Below are positions 14,476 to 27,553 of a stretch of 64,000 nt of DNA, piece after piece. Both the position numbers and the translations under genes were made by a program. The notes under the pieces were generated by a model. It did not search any database, was not told the DNA's origin, and worked only from the letters and a program-made list of their open reading frames with translations. This DNA comes from the human T2T-CHM13v2.0 reference genome, Homo sapiens, in NCBI RefSeq assembly GCF_009914755.1, contig NC_060932.1, one strand, 5' to 3'. The first letter of the stretch is position 1. Each line of letters begins with the position of its first letter.

Positions 14476-15949
14476 GCAACTGTTCCAGCCCCTTCATTTT
14501 ACAGATGAACCAACTGAGACTCATGGCACATAGGAAGAGCTGGAGTTGGAGCGAACTGAGCTGTGCTGGGGTTTTCATCCATTCACTTGCTGGGCTGATG
14601 GACTTGGGCATGCGCTCGGTGGCCATGGTCCCCTGTGTCTTCATGGATGAAATGCCGACAGTGCTGCCTCCTTCACAGAGCTGAGGGACTGGAAGCACTA
14701 GATGTAAAATCCTGGGCAGAGGGCCTGGCACAGAGGAAGAACTTATAATATATGACCATTAAAGCAATTTGTCCAGAAACACACGGTTTGGAAATGGCAA
14801 AGCCAGGGCTTGGATATGGAGTCTTTGACTCCAAATCAGTGCTCTTTCTATTACCCGCCTTAGCCTCACAGAATCAACAATTACAAAAACACTGCAACTC
14901 ATTTGCGTGGTTTCCACAGCCTGGGGAAAAGGGTGGCTGGAGGAGGGATGTGTCTGTGAGAAGAAAAGGTCGCCATAAAATAACTGAATATTGAGCTGGG
15001 AAGGAGTTCAGGGCTGTTTATTCCAGATCTTAGTCTGACAAGCTCTGAGAAGTGTCTCAGTAGCCCAGTGTTCCTGCCCGCCACCTCCATCCCCTTCTCC
15101 AGAGGTTCTGACCCTTCTGAGGCCTGCGTTCCAGGAAGTGCTAAACTGATTTTTCCTCACTGATGTTCATTTTAATGATTCCAGCTTCAGTGTAACCCCT
15201 CCCAGGGGGACTTGCTCCTTTCTTTGGTCATGACTTTAAGCTAAGAGTCAAATGCTAATGGGGGAATTAGAAGCATTAGCTAATCAGCAGGAGAGTACTC
15301 TGCACTGTATCTATACCCAAGAATTAGGCCATTCCTGTGGTTCTTGTTGATCTTCTGGAATCTCTAACACTCTCTTTGTTTCAATAAACCCTAAGGACGT
15401 ATTTATTGAATCACTAATTCAGTTTATTCAGTTAGTATATATTAAGGTCCTACAAGATTTTATACATAGCTGTAGACCTAAGAGAGGCAGAAGTGTTGAA
15501 TAAGTCAGTCCAGTTAAGTGAAGTAGTGCCATGACAGAGTGAACTCCAGCCTCGATGGGCATGTGGAAGCCATGCCTGCTGCCTGGAGTCTCAAAAGGGG
15601 AATTGCAGAACTGGCAAGATGGTGGAGGCTCAAGAGAGCAGCTTTCCAAGTGGCCTGGGAGGAAGGGCATGCAGATGGAGAGAGATGCCTGTATAAACAC
15701 AATGAGGTTAGAAATTCTATCATGTGTTTCAGAATTTTAAGTCATTTTTCATGGGTGGAGGACAGAATATACAATAGTTTCAGATATGGAGTCATGAGAA
15801 TTCAAGAGGCAGGCAAGGTGCATTAGACTATGCGTGATTTCTTTGGAGTTGTTCAGTGTGGTGGCCTGAAGGTTACCTCAGGAAGGGTCTCTGTGCTAAG
15901 GAGCATGGGTTTTTTTCCTGAAGACAAAAGGGACTGAGATGTGCCATAG

Positions 15950-16135
15950 AGTAGAGCCTTGGAGACTGGACTACTAGGTACGGATCCATGTTCCACTGGT
16001 GTTAGACAAGTGACTTCATCACTCTGCTGTTTCCTCGTGTGCAAAATGGGAAAAATATAAGTATCCACTTTATAGGGTTGTTGGGAGAATTTAATGAGTT
16101 GAATTATGTAAAACATTGAAAATTGTGCTTTTAAC
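15950..16135 (+). mobile_element. MIR SINE within L2 remnants
   Basis: acaagtgactt...tgtttcctcgtgtgcaaaatggg...tatagggttgttgggagaatttaatgag. Confidence 0.75.
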
Positions 16136-16426
16136 TTTGTGTGGCTTTATGAGTGTTGCTACTGTTGTTATGACTCATGGACTTTTAGCAGGAGGGAAAG
16201 TTAGACAGATGGTCTTCTAGAAAACAATTTTATAATAATGTGGAAGATGGATTAGAAAAGGATGGGAAAAGAAGAAGGTAGGCCATTAATAAGAGGTGGC
16301 AAAAGTTTGGGGGAAAGAAAAATGCAGCTCTCAAGTTTGTCAGAGGTGATAGGGATGGAAGAGAAGAGGCTAGATAATAATTCCCTCATTAACTGGAGTA
16401 TCAAGCTACCTCATTAGTTGGGGTAT

Positions 16427-16975
16427 TGTGTTAGTCTGAGTTCTCCAGAGAAACAGAGCAGTAAGAAATATCTCTATCATCTGTCTGTCTTATCTATCTA
16501 TCTATTTATCTATCTATCCATCTAAAGAAAGATTTACTGTAAGAAATTGGCTCACATGATTATGGAGGCTGAAAAGTCCAAGATCTGCAGTCAGCAAGCT
16601 GGAGATCTGTGAGAGCCAGTGGTATATTTCCAGTTGAAGTTCCCAGCTTAAAGGTCTAAGAATCCAAAGATCCAATGGTGTAAGTTTCAGTTTGAGTTCG
16701 AGTTTGAAGGCCGGAGAAGACTGATGTCCCAGCTCAAAGTCAGTCGGGCAGAGAAGAGAATTCTTTCCTTCTCAGCTTTTTATCCTAGTTAGGTCTTCAA
16801 CAGATTGGATGAGGCCCACCCACATTGGGAAGGGCAATCTGCTCACTCAGTCTCCTGATTCAAATATTTATCTTATCCAGAAATCCCCTTGCAGGCACAC
16901 CCAGAAATAATATTTGCCCAAATATCTGGGCATCTCATGGCTTAGTCAAACTGACACATAAAATTAATGATCACA
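16427..16975 (-). mobile_element. MLT2B (ERVL) solo LTR
   Basis: tgtgttagtctgagttctccagagaaacaga...aaattggctcacatgattatggaggctga...ctgacacataaaattaatgatcaca; internal (TATC)n. Confidence 0.88.
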
Positions 16976-17255
16976 TCAAGCTACCCAAGTAAACGGTGGT
17001 TAAAACAGCAATTATTCATTACTGCTCATATGACTGCAAGTTGGCTGGGGTGCAGCTGATGCAGACTTGGCTTGGCTGGGCTCTCTTATGTGTCTATGGC
17101 TCTGCTGGAGATTGGCTGACCTAGGTTGGGCTTGGTTTGGGCAGTTCTGTTCCACATGTATCTCATCCTCTATCTGGGACTGGTGGCCTGTCCTCTGCTA
17201 GCCATGAAGATGACAGAGCAAACTGAAACATGAAAGGCTTCTTAAGGCCTATGCT
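16976..17255 (-). mobile_element. MLT1G/H-like MaLR LTR fragment
   Basis: ggttaaaacagcaattattcattactgctcat..ctgcaagttggctggg...aaacatgaaaggcttcttaaggccta. Confidence 0.6.
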
Positions 17256-18498
17256 TCATTGGTGCAGAATATAGCAAAGCTTTTCTCTACTAGATGATCT
17301 GACATAAGGAAAATATTTATTGACTGAGATGTTTGGTTTGCTAACTGTGGAGGTGAATTGAAGTATTTACATACATCTTTATAGTATGAGAATATTCATG
17401 AGACGTGCAGCACTATAAGTGATCAGTGCTCTTCAGGGCAACGTGGAAAGACTCATGACTCTCCTACTGGGCGCCATGAACAAATCCCACAAACTCTTTC
17501 AGTCTTGTTTTTCTCAATGGGGGAAGTTAGGAGGTTTGGCCAAATGTTATGTAAGATTCTTCCTGACTTGTCTATTTATTGAATCTAGGTCTAAAAAAAA
17601 AATACAGCACAATTTTTGTAGTTGGGCTTCATTTCATTTGTGCACAGTGTCATTTACCTTCCTCTGTTCTTGGCAGGGGGATTGGAGATAATGCTGCAGA
17701 AAAGCCAAGTACACTCCCAAGGATAGGATTTGGCAGGAGCAGCTGCGACAGTGAGCTGGTGGATCCCTGGCCAGGAGGGAGCACAATGATAAAAGATTCA
17801 GGACTGTCAGAAATGCTGGATGCTGTAGAAAAGGATTGGATGATGCCTTCTCACTGGCCCCAGGGCTCTTGGAATTTGTTCTAGAGAAGCACAAAAAGAA
17901 GGGAGCAGGTGCTGGGAGCCACATCTCAAGTTGAAAAGCATACAGAACAATTATTTACTGAGAACTTGTGAATGCCAAGAGCTGATCATGTGTGGCTGGA
18001 ATGGTAAGAGGTTGTGTGAGGAATATGATCTAAATTAGACCTGGTACCATCCTTTAAGAGACCTTATGGTAATAACCAGAGTGAGCAAAAATGCAGCACT
18101 GGGAATCAATGCTTAGGATAGGATATGTTGTAGAACACTCCAAACTCTGGGTTACAAATTAGAATACTAAAATCCCTATTACACAGATAGTTTGTATGGC
18201 TATTTAAAGATATCATGCCACACCTCTGCTCAGCATCAGTGTCCTGCTCTATTCATACCTGCATGAAAATAAGTTCACTTTATTTGCCACTGAATAGGTT
18301 TCCATAATTAGAAGGGAATTTTTACTCCTCCCTGCAGGAGGGGAAGATATAAACTGAACAATCCATGACTGAAGCAGAAATAACTTCACTAATGGCTGAA
18401 TTTGGGGAGAGATAAAGAGCATGTCCAACTCTGTCTCTTCTCTCTCCTCTTTCAAAACTGCTTGTCCATAGAGAGGGTGAATTTTTCCATTCACCCAT

Positions 18499-18909
18499 TG
18501 ATATAGTCAGTATATTTGTCCCCACCCAAATCTCATGTTGAATTGTAATCCCCAGTGTTGGGGGTGGGGCCTGGTGGGAGCTGATTAGATCATGGTGGCG
18601 AATTTCTCTTGAGTGTTTTACCGTCACCCCCTTGATGCTGTTCTTGTAATAGTCCGTTCTCGTGAAATCTGGTCATTTAAATGCACATGGCACTTCTTTC
18701 TCTCTTGCTCCTGCTCTGGCCGTGTGATGTGCCTGCTCCCACTTCACTTTCTGCAGTGAGCAAAAGCTTCCCGAGGCCTTCCCAGAAGCAGATGCAAGTG
18801 CTATGCTTCCTATATAGCCTGCAGAACCATGAGCCAATTAAACCTCTTTTCCTATAAATTGCCCAGTTTCAGGTGTTTCTTTATAGCAATGAGAAAATGG
18901 CCTACAACA
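18499..18909 (+). mobile_element. MSTB-like MaLR solo LTR
   Basis: tgatatag..tttgtccccacccaaatctcatgttgaattgtaatcccca...gcctgcagaaccatgagccaattaaacctc; TSD cccat/tccat. Confidence 0.9.
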
Positions 18910-18954
18910 TCCATGGGGTAAGTTCACCTGGGAATATGGTAGAGACTAGGGTGG

Positions 18955-19720
18955 TATTGCAGTTAGGACGGGCTAGGGCATGCTGCCATACTAATAACCT
19001 CAAAGCTTCGGCGGCTTAAGAGTACCAGGATACCTGCCGTTCATGAATCAGCTGTTGTCTTCATCCCACAGGGTCTTCACTCCTGGTCCAGGCTTATAAA
19101 GAGTCTATTTCTGGAACATTGCTGGATACTATGGAATGAATTACATTGCCCCAAAATTCATATGTTAAAGTCTTAACTCACAATGGGAGTTTGGAGATGT
19201 GGCCTTAGGAATAATCATGTTTAGATATAGTTATAGATATAGTTTAGATATAGTTTAGATATAGTTATGAGGGTGGGACCCTCAGGATTAGTACCCTTAT
19301 AAGAAGAGACTACAGAGACTACAGGGATCTCTCTGTCTCTGTCTCTCTGTCTCTCTTTCTGGCCATGTGAGGACATGATTAGTAAGCAGCCAGGAAAGAG
19401 AACCTCACCAGAACCTGACCATGCTGGCACTCTGATCTCAGACTTCCAGGTTCCAGAACTACAAGAAAGTATATTTCTGTTGTTTGAGCCACCCAGTCTA
19501 TGGCATTTTATTACAGTGGCTCAAGCTAAGACACTGGTCTTATAGCAGAGGGATTAAAAGACAAGACAAACACCCTCTGACTTCAAGAGCTTCTACTCAG
19601 AAGTTTTAGTCATCACTTTTGCTTGCATTTTTATTGCTCTCAGAAGTTATATGACCAAGCCTGAGGTCAAAGAGGTAGGAAATTATAATCCTCTCTCAGG
19701 CCCAGAATCATTTTTGACAG
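18955..19720 (-). mobile_element. Old MLT1J/K-like LTR interrupted by MLT1A0
   Basis: agttaggacgggctagg..atgctgcc start; resumes after the insert at ctggtcttatagcagaggga..atcacttttgcttgcatt..atatgaccaagcctga. Confidence 0.55.
19127..19533 (+). mobile_element. MLT1A0-like MaLR solo LTR
   Basis: ccccaaaattcatatgttaaag...cctcaccagaacctgaccatgctggcac...gccacccagtctatggcatttt..gctaagaca; TSD ctgga/ctggt; internal (tttagatatag) x ~4. Confidence 0.88.
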
Positions 19721-20364
19721 TGCATGCAGTGTGCTGGACTTGGAACGTGAGGTCTTACAGTGGCTCAGCCAAGCCAATGGTGGGCAAATGGCTGTGTCTA
19801 ATTAGCAAGCCCCATGAGGTCACACATCTAAGCCACATCCTCTGATATAGGCGGATCAATAATTAAGCTGTTATTTTGGTCTTCATTTCTCTGGCTTCCA
19901 TTTCTTAAAAGGTTCTGAACTCAGGAAAGGAAGAAAAGAGTGCTATATGCTCATCTCCTCAAAGCCAGATATTTTGGTGAAAAAACTGAACAGAGAAATA
20001 GGATGAGGAGGGAACATTTCTCACTTGCATCTCAACCAAGTGCCCAGCAGAATATCTGGAGCTTTTAAAATTTTCTCTTAGAAAAATCCCTGTAAAGCAG
20101 GTGTTACTATTTTCAATTTAAAAGATGGGAAATTGAGGCTCTGTGGTTTTATGCAAGTTGCTGAAGATACAAAGAAATGCAAGTCTGCCTGTAGCTATCC
20201 TTATCTGTCTGTAGCTGGTTTGTTAACCCCAGGTAAGGACAAAGGTATTGTGAAATGAAAATAGCCCCCTGTTCTCCTGGAGGGCTTGATGTCAGGCCTT
20301 ACGGGTACCTAAAGGAGAAGAGAATCCTATAAATGGTGCTGCTCTATCACTCCAATCTCCACCT

Positions 20365-21240
20365 ATCCATTTATTTATAAATCCACCTACTTATTTACTT
20401 AACCAATATTTATTGAGCACCAACTATGTGCCAGGCATGATGTTAAGTTCTTGGAATACAGCTGTAACTAAGATATATAGATTCCTGCTTTCATGGCCTT
20501 AAAGATTGTGATGGTTAATACTGAGTATCAACTTGATTGGATTGAAGGATGCAAAGTATTGTTCTTGGGTGTGTCTGTGAGGCTGTTGCCAAAGAAGATT
20601 AACATTTGCGTCAGTGGACTGGGAGAGGCAGACCCACCCTCAGTCTTGGTGGGTGCCATCTAATCAGTTGCCAGAACAGCTAGGATAAAAGCAGGCAAGA
20701 TAATATGGAAGGACTATGCTGGTTAAGTCTCTGGCCTTCATTTTTCTCCCATACTGGATGTTTTCTGCTCTCAAATATCAGACTCCAAGTTCTTCAGCTA
20801 TTGGACTCTTGAACTTACTTACCAGGGGCTCTTGAGCCTTTGGCCACAGACCAAAAGCTGCACTTTCAGTTTCCTTACTTTTGAGGTTTTGGGACTCAAA
20901 CTGATCTACCACTGACTTCCTTGCTCCTCAATTTGCACATGTCCTATTGTGGGACTTTATCTTGTGATTGTGTGAGTCAATTCTCCTTAATAAACTCCCT
21001 TCCATATGTACATATATCCTATTAATCCTGTCCCTCTAGAGAACCCTGACTAATACAAAGACCTTCAAGGAGGACAGATGTTGACCAAATAACTGCAAAT
21101 ATAATGAATGCTACAAAGAACAGTGCAGGTGTGGAATGATGCAATGATGCAGCAGTGCAATGACGAAGATCTACCATTTGGTAGATCAGGGACAGCTTCT
21201 CAGAGGAAGTGGTATTGACACTGAGATCTGCTAGTGAGTC
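20365..21240 (-). mobile_element. L2 interrupted by MLT2A2
   Basis: aatatttattgagcaccaactatgtgccaggca (antisense L2 end); continues after the LTR with atcagggacagcttctcagaggaagtg. Confidence 0.7.
20507..21057 (+). mobile_element. MLT2A2 (HERV-L) solo LTR
   Basis: tgtgatggttaatactgagtatcaacttgattggattgaaggatgcaaagtattg...ctagagaaccctgactaataca, 551 bp; TSD aagat/aagac. Confidence 0.9.
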
Positions 21241-21759
21241 TCAGTTGACTGAACCAACTTCCCCTCAGAGTTCCCCTTTAGTCATTTCATTCCTCAGATA
21301 ACTTGCATTTGAGGAACTGAGTGTTGGAATGTTCTAGTGGGTCTGAAGTCTCTCTCTGGCCTTCGTCAGCTACTCTCCATAAAGGAATAGGAGAGCTGCC
21401 AAGAGACTGATTCTCAGATTGTGTGAGGAGTGGTTTCCATTGTAATATGGTCAGACTGCATCTCATTAGGCAGAGACACTGGGGCCAGTGTAGTGTGAGA
21501 GACGAGAACAAGTAGTCAAGTTAAAACAGGAATTGAAATTATTCCAGGAATTCAAGTTTCTCTTAAAAGATTCTTAACACTCCTTTCCCTTTTGTCCACC
21601 TCCCCTGAGCCTGGCTTTTTCCCCCTTCAGGTCTCAGCTCATCTACCCCTTCCTGCCAGCAGCCTCCCCTCTTCTCTAAGGTGGTGCTGGGGACTCCTCC
21701 AAGGCCCCACATGGCATCCTGTGCTTCCTGCTCTGGTGGTGCTTGTCAACACCAGCCAC

Positions 21760-22215
21760 ACACTCACCTGGGAGCTTTTAAGAAATGATAATTTTTAGAT
21801 CCCACCACTAGAGATTCCCATTCCAGTAGTCTGGAATAGCCCTTGGGCATCACCAATTTTAAAAAGCTGGTGGTGGCTCAAGCCTGTAATCCCAGCACTT
21901 TGGGAGGCTGAAGTGGGAGGATCAAAGGTCAAGAGATCAAGACCATTCTGGCCAACCTGGTGAAACCCTGTCTCTACTAAAAACACAAAAGTTAGCCGGG
22001 TGTGGTGGCATGCGCCTGTAGTCCCAGCTACTCGGGAGGCTGAGGTGGAGAATTGCTGGAACCCGGAATGGGAAGGTTGCAGTGAGCCAAGATTGTGCCA
22101 TTGCATTCCAGTCTGGGAAAAGAGCGAGAATCCGTCAAAAAAAAAAAAAAAAAAAAAAAAAAGAAAGAAAGAAAGAAAGAAAGAAAGAAGCTGCCCAATT
22201 GATTTTCCAGTGCTT
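21760..22215. mobile_element. MER5-type hAT-Charlie element split by an Alu
   Basis: cacctgggagctttaagaaat...agagattcc..cagtagtctgg...ttttaaaaagctg [Alu] ctgcccaattgatt. Confidence 0.6.
21870..22186 (+). mobile_element. AluSc, slightly 5'-truncated, with A-run plus (GAAA)n tail
   Basis: ggtcaagagatcaagaccattctggccaac diagnostic; flanks share aagctg. Confidence 0.9.
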
Positions 22216-23084
22216 CTAATAGTGGGCACACTGCTCCAACTGCAGCCCTTCTCACCTCACATTGCAAGTTCCTCCTTACTTATGCACATCTTCCCTTAAA
22301 CTGTAAATTCTCAGAGTGTAGGATTAATAAGTCTACTGTCTCAGATTCATATAAGCTGGCACATATGGGTGCCCCATAGTCATCTGTTGAAAGGATGATG
22401 AGTGATGAAGACTGACGTATTTCTCTAATGCCACTACAAGGCTGCCATCTGGATTTTTCCTGGGGTCCTCCCACCTTCATCTGATACTTGATCCCATGTC
22501 TTGGTAGCATCTGGGCTTTCAGTTTAGCTTGAACTATATGAAACCACCAATCAAGGCTGCCTTTGCGGTAGCTGCTCTATTTCCACTTCCAGAAGTCTAT
22601 TCTGTAGCTTACACCTTGTAGAGAAGCTCATCAACTCATTCACATACAGCTGAAAGCAGCTGGCAGAGCACTGACAATAGTTATGTATATACACAGTAGA
22701 ACTTGGGGGCTGAGTTGCAAAAACTATGTTTGAGTCCTGGCTCTACCAGTTACTAAAAGGTCATGATGCATTAAAAGTGAGAAAAAAAAAGGTAAAGAAA
22801 CCAGTGATAGCCAAGATACTATCTTTACAGTAAATTCCCTGTCCATCATTTTGTTTAGTCCCACAAGTACCCAAAGAAGTAGAAATAGATGTATATTCTC
22901 AGGATGCCGGACCTGGGTAAGAATCTTGGCTCTGTAGGCAGGTTAGACCTGTTTATTAATAACTTACACAGTATGTTGTTTATCAAGAAGTCACTTCCAC
23001 CTTCCAAGCCTTGGTTTTCTTATTTATTATGTGCTATTAATGCCGTACTGCCCTATTTTTCTGCAAGGTGGTTGAGAGAGATGA

Positions 23085-23345
23085 TAGAGTAGTGGTAGAA
23101 TACATGGGCTCAGAAACCAGACTGTCTGTGCTGAAGCTCGGCTTGGCCACTTATTGCCTGTATGACCTTAGCCAAGTGATTTGACTTGTGTCTCAGTTTT
23201 CTTATTGGCAGAATTGGGATAATATTAATATCTACAACAGAAGGTTACTGTGAGATTAGAAGGAGTTGATTTTGGTAAAGTTCTGAGTACGGGGGCCAGA
23301 CATAGAGTGACTCTACCAAAATATTAACTGCAATTATTGTCATTA
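23085..23345 (+). mobile_element. MIR SINE (near full length; more MIR pieces at 22690-23080 and 23560-23750)
   Basis: gtagtggtagaatacatgggctc...tatgaccttagccaagtgattt..tctcagttttcttat...gtgagattag. Confidence 0.8.
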
Positions 23346-24589
23346 CTCTTCAATTCAATTTAAATTGAATTAAATAATATTACTATCATTATTATTACTA
23401 TTATAGATGGTGTGGTAAATTCTGTCAGCCACCAAGCAGCAAGAGCAGAGGGTTTTGAACCATCTTTGGTTAGGGCAGGCATGTTCAAAACACCAAATCA
23501 GCCCAACAGAGGTGTGACGCCGTGAATCATCCAACAAACACTTTCAGAAACAATGCTAGATTGGGCTCAAGAAAGCTGGAATTTTTTTCTCCTTCTCTGC
23601 TCTGCCGCTCATTTGTTAGGTAACATTGGCAATGAATTAGCTGCTTAGAGCTTCATGTACAGACCAGGCAATCCTGTCTCCTTCTTACATGGGACTCTTG
23701 TAAGGATCCAATGAAGTAAAAGAACAGGTGCTTCGCGAATGCTAGTTCTTTTCTCTATATTAGGTGTGTGCACAGAATACCTTTTGTGCCAATAAAGCAT
23801 GAGATGAGATAAATCCAAAAGTCTTTCTCTTATAATATCCTTGGCTTCTCAAGAAGTCATTGTAGTCATGCAGCCGAGGCAGCTGTGGCTTTCTGAATAG
23901 CTGGAAATTTGTCCTTGGAGGCCACAGCAGGACAGATGGGATAAGGGAGTCATGAATAAACAACAACATGAATAAGCTATTCAACTGTGAGGGTATTTAG
24001 ACAGTGGAGAATCTGGGCTCACTTGTTAACTTTGTCCAAAGACTCTAGTTTCTGTTATAGTATTTGGAGGTCAACCGGAATACCCAGGCCTCTGAATAAC
24101 AAAGGATGTTTTCAACGTTCATTAACAAGGATGAATGGAAGTTCTTAGAGTCATAGATATAAGGACTACCATTGTTCTCAAGAAATTTAGAGATCCTCCA
24201 ATCCAGCTTCTCATTCTCAAAAAATTAAATAAAACTAGGGCTAAAAAGTCATGGGACTCATATAAGGTCGCACTGTGTTATTACTGTCATTCATCTACAA
24301 TTTACTGAGCACATGCTGTATTCTGGGTTTTGGTTTGTGTGCTGGTGGTGGGAAGATGACCAAAACAGTCTTGCTTCCTTGGGAACTGACAGAAACAAAT
24401 GAGAAAATGTGTGATTACAAGAGCACTAAATTGTCTTCAACTGCTTCCTATCATGCATTGTATCTATGTCAAGTTGGCTGTGAAACACTGAGTTATTGGA
24501 CATTCATGCGTTTCATGATTTGGGTGAAGATCAGCGTGCTAAATAAAGTTTGTTGACCTTTCCAGGTTTGCTCTCCAATTTGATTGCTA

Positions 24590-24914
24590 CAGGAGGAGTG
24601 AAAGTGAGATCAAGGTGTTTATAGTATTTACGCTCTTGCTGTAGGCTCGCAACTCATTTGGGCTGTACCTTCAAACAGAAGGCCAAGGTAGTCTCCATAA
24701 GACTTCCAGATTCTGATCATCTCTCCTTTCCCTAGTCCTATCCTATGGTATGGGCCTATGGGTAAGTTATAGCCCCTCTGTTTATAGCCCAGTGTATTTC
24801 ACTATTCTTGTGGTCTGCTCATACCCTGCCCTCACCTCTGGAAATAGACCCTTTATTAAACCCCTTTAACATTTTGAATGTGTCATTTGTTTCCTACTGG
24901 GATCCTTGATGACA
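24590..24914 (+). mobile_element. LTR33-like ERVL LTR 3' part
   Basis: accctgccctcacctctggaaatagaccctttattaaac...gtgtcatttgtttcctactgggatccttgatgaca. Confidence 0.65.
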
Positions 24915-25408
24915 AAATGTGGTAAAAGCACGCTGAAATATCTGAAACATTGTCTGATGGTGGCAAGGGACAAAAGAAAGAAGACAAAGAGAAAGTAAAG
25001 GAGGGGGGAGTCCTCTAGTTTAGTATGCAGTTGAAAGGAGAATTAGTGAATTAGGAGGTAGCATGGAGAGATTTAGTATAAATATAACATAGTTATATAT
25101 GAATTACTGGAACCAAATACTTTTATAAATGAGTTTTAAAGAAAAAGATAATTTACACTGTCTTCCAGAGGAAAAAAGAGGAAAACTTACTCAATTATTT
25201 TTAAAAGGCTAGTAAAACATTAATTTTAAAAAAAATCATTGACGAGTATATTAAAAAATGTTATTAACCTAGCTCATAGTTTTAAGAAACTAATAAAATA
25301 TAAGGCAAGGATGGTTTAATATCAGGAAAAACTTCAATTAAATTCATATTTGATAAAATGAAGGAGAAAATATTTGATATTTACTGTTTCCCATCCCTTG
25401 ATGCCTAA

Positions 25409-25780
25409 TGCTATGGTTTGACTACGTTCCCCAAAGTTTATGTGTTGGAAACTTAATCCCCAATGTGACAGTGTTGAAATGTGGGTCTTTTAAGAGGTGA
25501 TTAGGTCATGAGGGCTTTGTCCTCATGAATGAATTAATGCTGTTATTTTGCACATGAGTTCCTAATAAAAGGATGAGTTTGTCCCCATCCTGTCTCACTT
25601 GTGTATAATCTCTTCCCTCTCCACCTTCCACTAATGGATGACATAGCAAGAAGGCCCTCACCAGATGAAGGCCCTTGACCTTAGACTTCCCAGTCTGTAG
25701 AACTGGAATAAATAAAATTTCTATTCTTTATAAATTTCCAGTCTCAGGTATTCTGTTATAGCAGTATATGAACTAAGACA
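25409..25780 (+). mobile_element. MSTD-like MaLR solo LTR, in old L1M fragments
   Basis: tgctatggtttg..ccccaaagtttatgtgttggaaacttaatcccc...gcaagaaggccctcaccagatg...aactaagaca. Confidence 0.85.
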
Positions 25781-27553
25781 CCTTCTAACTCATGCCTTCT
25801 TGAAAAGTTTCTCAATTTGCTTTATAATTCACAATTTAATTCTGGAGCTTATTTTATTCTATTATTTAGCCATCTATTCCATACTGTTTTCCTTCTTTCA
25901 ACTATTATCTATTCCATACCTAATCTTTCCTTTTGTTTTTCTTTTATTATTATTTAAAACATCTTGTCCTGTCTTTGTTTTACATAGTTAATATCCTTCC
26001 TTAGCTCTTTATGTGTATTGAGTATGCTTATTTTAAATTCTTTATTCAGTGCTTCTTCACCTTTAGCTTTTGTGCACCTTCCAAGGTTCTGGTCTTGTAT
26101 TTGAGGTAGTTACAGGAGACTTATCATTTTGAGCTCAAACTCCCATGGAGGTATTTGATTCTCTGTCTGGTAATAGGTATTTGAGATGGGTCTGAAGGCA
26201 GACCCTGGTCTGGTTCTCTCAGTTTTGAGGAGTTGAAGGAGAGGGGAGGGGATAATCCCTAGTGTGAGGAGCATAAGTACTGTGGATTTACTTTAATTAC
26301 TCATGCTTTCTTTCCCTGCAGGCACTTTTCAGGTCAGTGTTTCACTTCTAAACGCACAGGAAAAAGTGATTTGACATGGGCTCTTAGGCTGTAATCCATC
26401 AGTCCTGGGAATTAGATAAGAGAGAGATGGAGGAGTAAGTGCCAGAGGCTATGCAGTCTGCACATCTATTTGTCAACTCCTTACTCAAGCAGATCTAGGA
26501 GTAATCACCTTGGATTTCACTGGTCTATGTGGTCTCTTATGTGACTCCATTGAGGGGAGATATATTTAAGAATTCAGAGGTTTTTTGTATTTTAGAAAAG
26601 AAATGATGTGCCTGGACTGGATATTATGTGTGGCTCACTAGGACCTGTGGCAGGACCCAGTAATAAAACCTATTAATATTTTGCTGTAACATATGATAAT
26701 GGTCAAGTGAAATGGAGTTTGTAAGGCCATAAATGACTTTACTATGGTTCAGGTGAGGTTTTGCTACACAAGAAGTTCATACAGGGTCATATTTTGCCTT
26801 CAAACGTGTTATCAAATCTTTCAGCTTTCAGAATTTTTTGGATTTTAGCATGGGGTAAGGAGTTTTAACCCTATGTATGGAAGAGCTGAAATCCCAGAGG
26901 CAACTGCTAAAGCACTTTGTTATCTGATCTCTCCTACCTCAAAGGAGGAGTGAATAATACACATACCAAATGTCAGAAAGGAATTCCTATGGGTAAGACC
27001 AGTGACTTGTTAATTAGTCTGATAAATATGTAAAAAGAGCTCTTTTTGATCAAAGCGAAGATATTTGGAATTTGTGTCTGACTCTTAGAAACATTCTGCC
27101 TTTGATGAATAGATTATGAAGCCCAGTAAGGCCTGTTCCCTTCACTTTTAGGGGTACCTTGGGCTAACCCCCTAAGCATCTCATGTTCCACTGTGAATGC
27201 TGGATTCTAAGTTGCATATAAATAGAACCCTGCACCTGGAATTTTGATGTTTGCCCCTTTTGAGCTTTCAAGAAATGTTTGTGGTCCCTGGAAGAAAAAG
27301 GCTGGCTTTTTCTCAGGCTGTCAGAGAAGGTTGTATAAACTATTTGTGTCATCTTTCCCAGTGAATGGTTATTTCATGATATCCCATCTTGTGATAGATT
27401 TTGGTCTAAAACATGCTTTTAATATAACCTAGTGACAAGAGTAGGGGGAACAGCTAATCCTCATCCACTTCAAACTTCTTTGAGGGTTACCAATACTCAC
27501 AGATAATAAAGAACCCCAGAGCAGTACTCAACCAACATTGGTGACTTCTCACT

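Noticed and set aside
16400-16986. atcaagctacc on both sides of MLT2B as a TSD
   Set aside because: The left copy is ~16 bp from the LTR edge and longer than the 5-bp ERVL TSD; origin unclear
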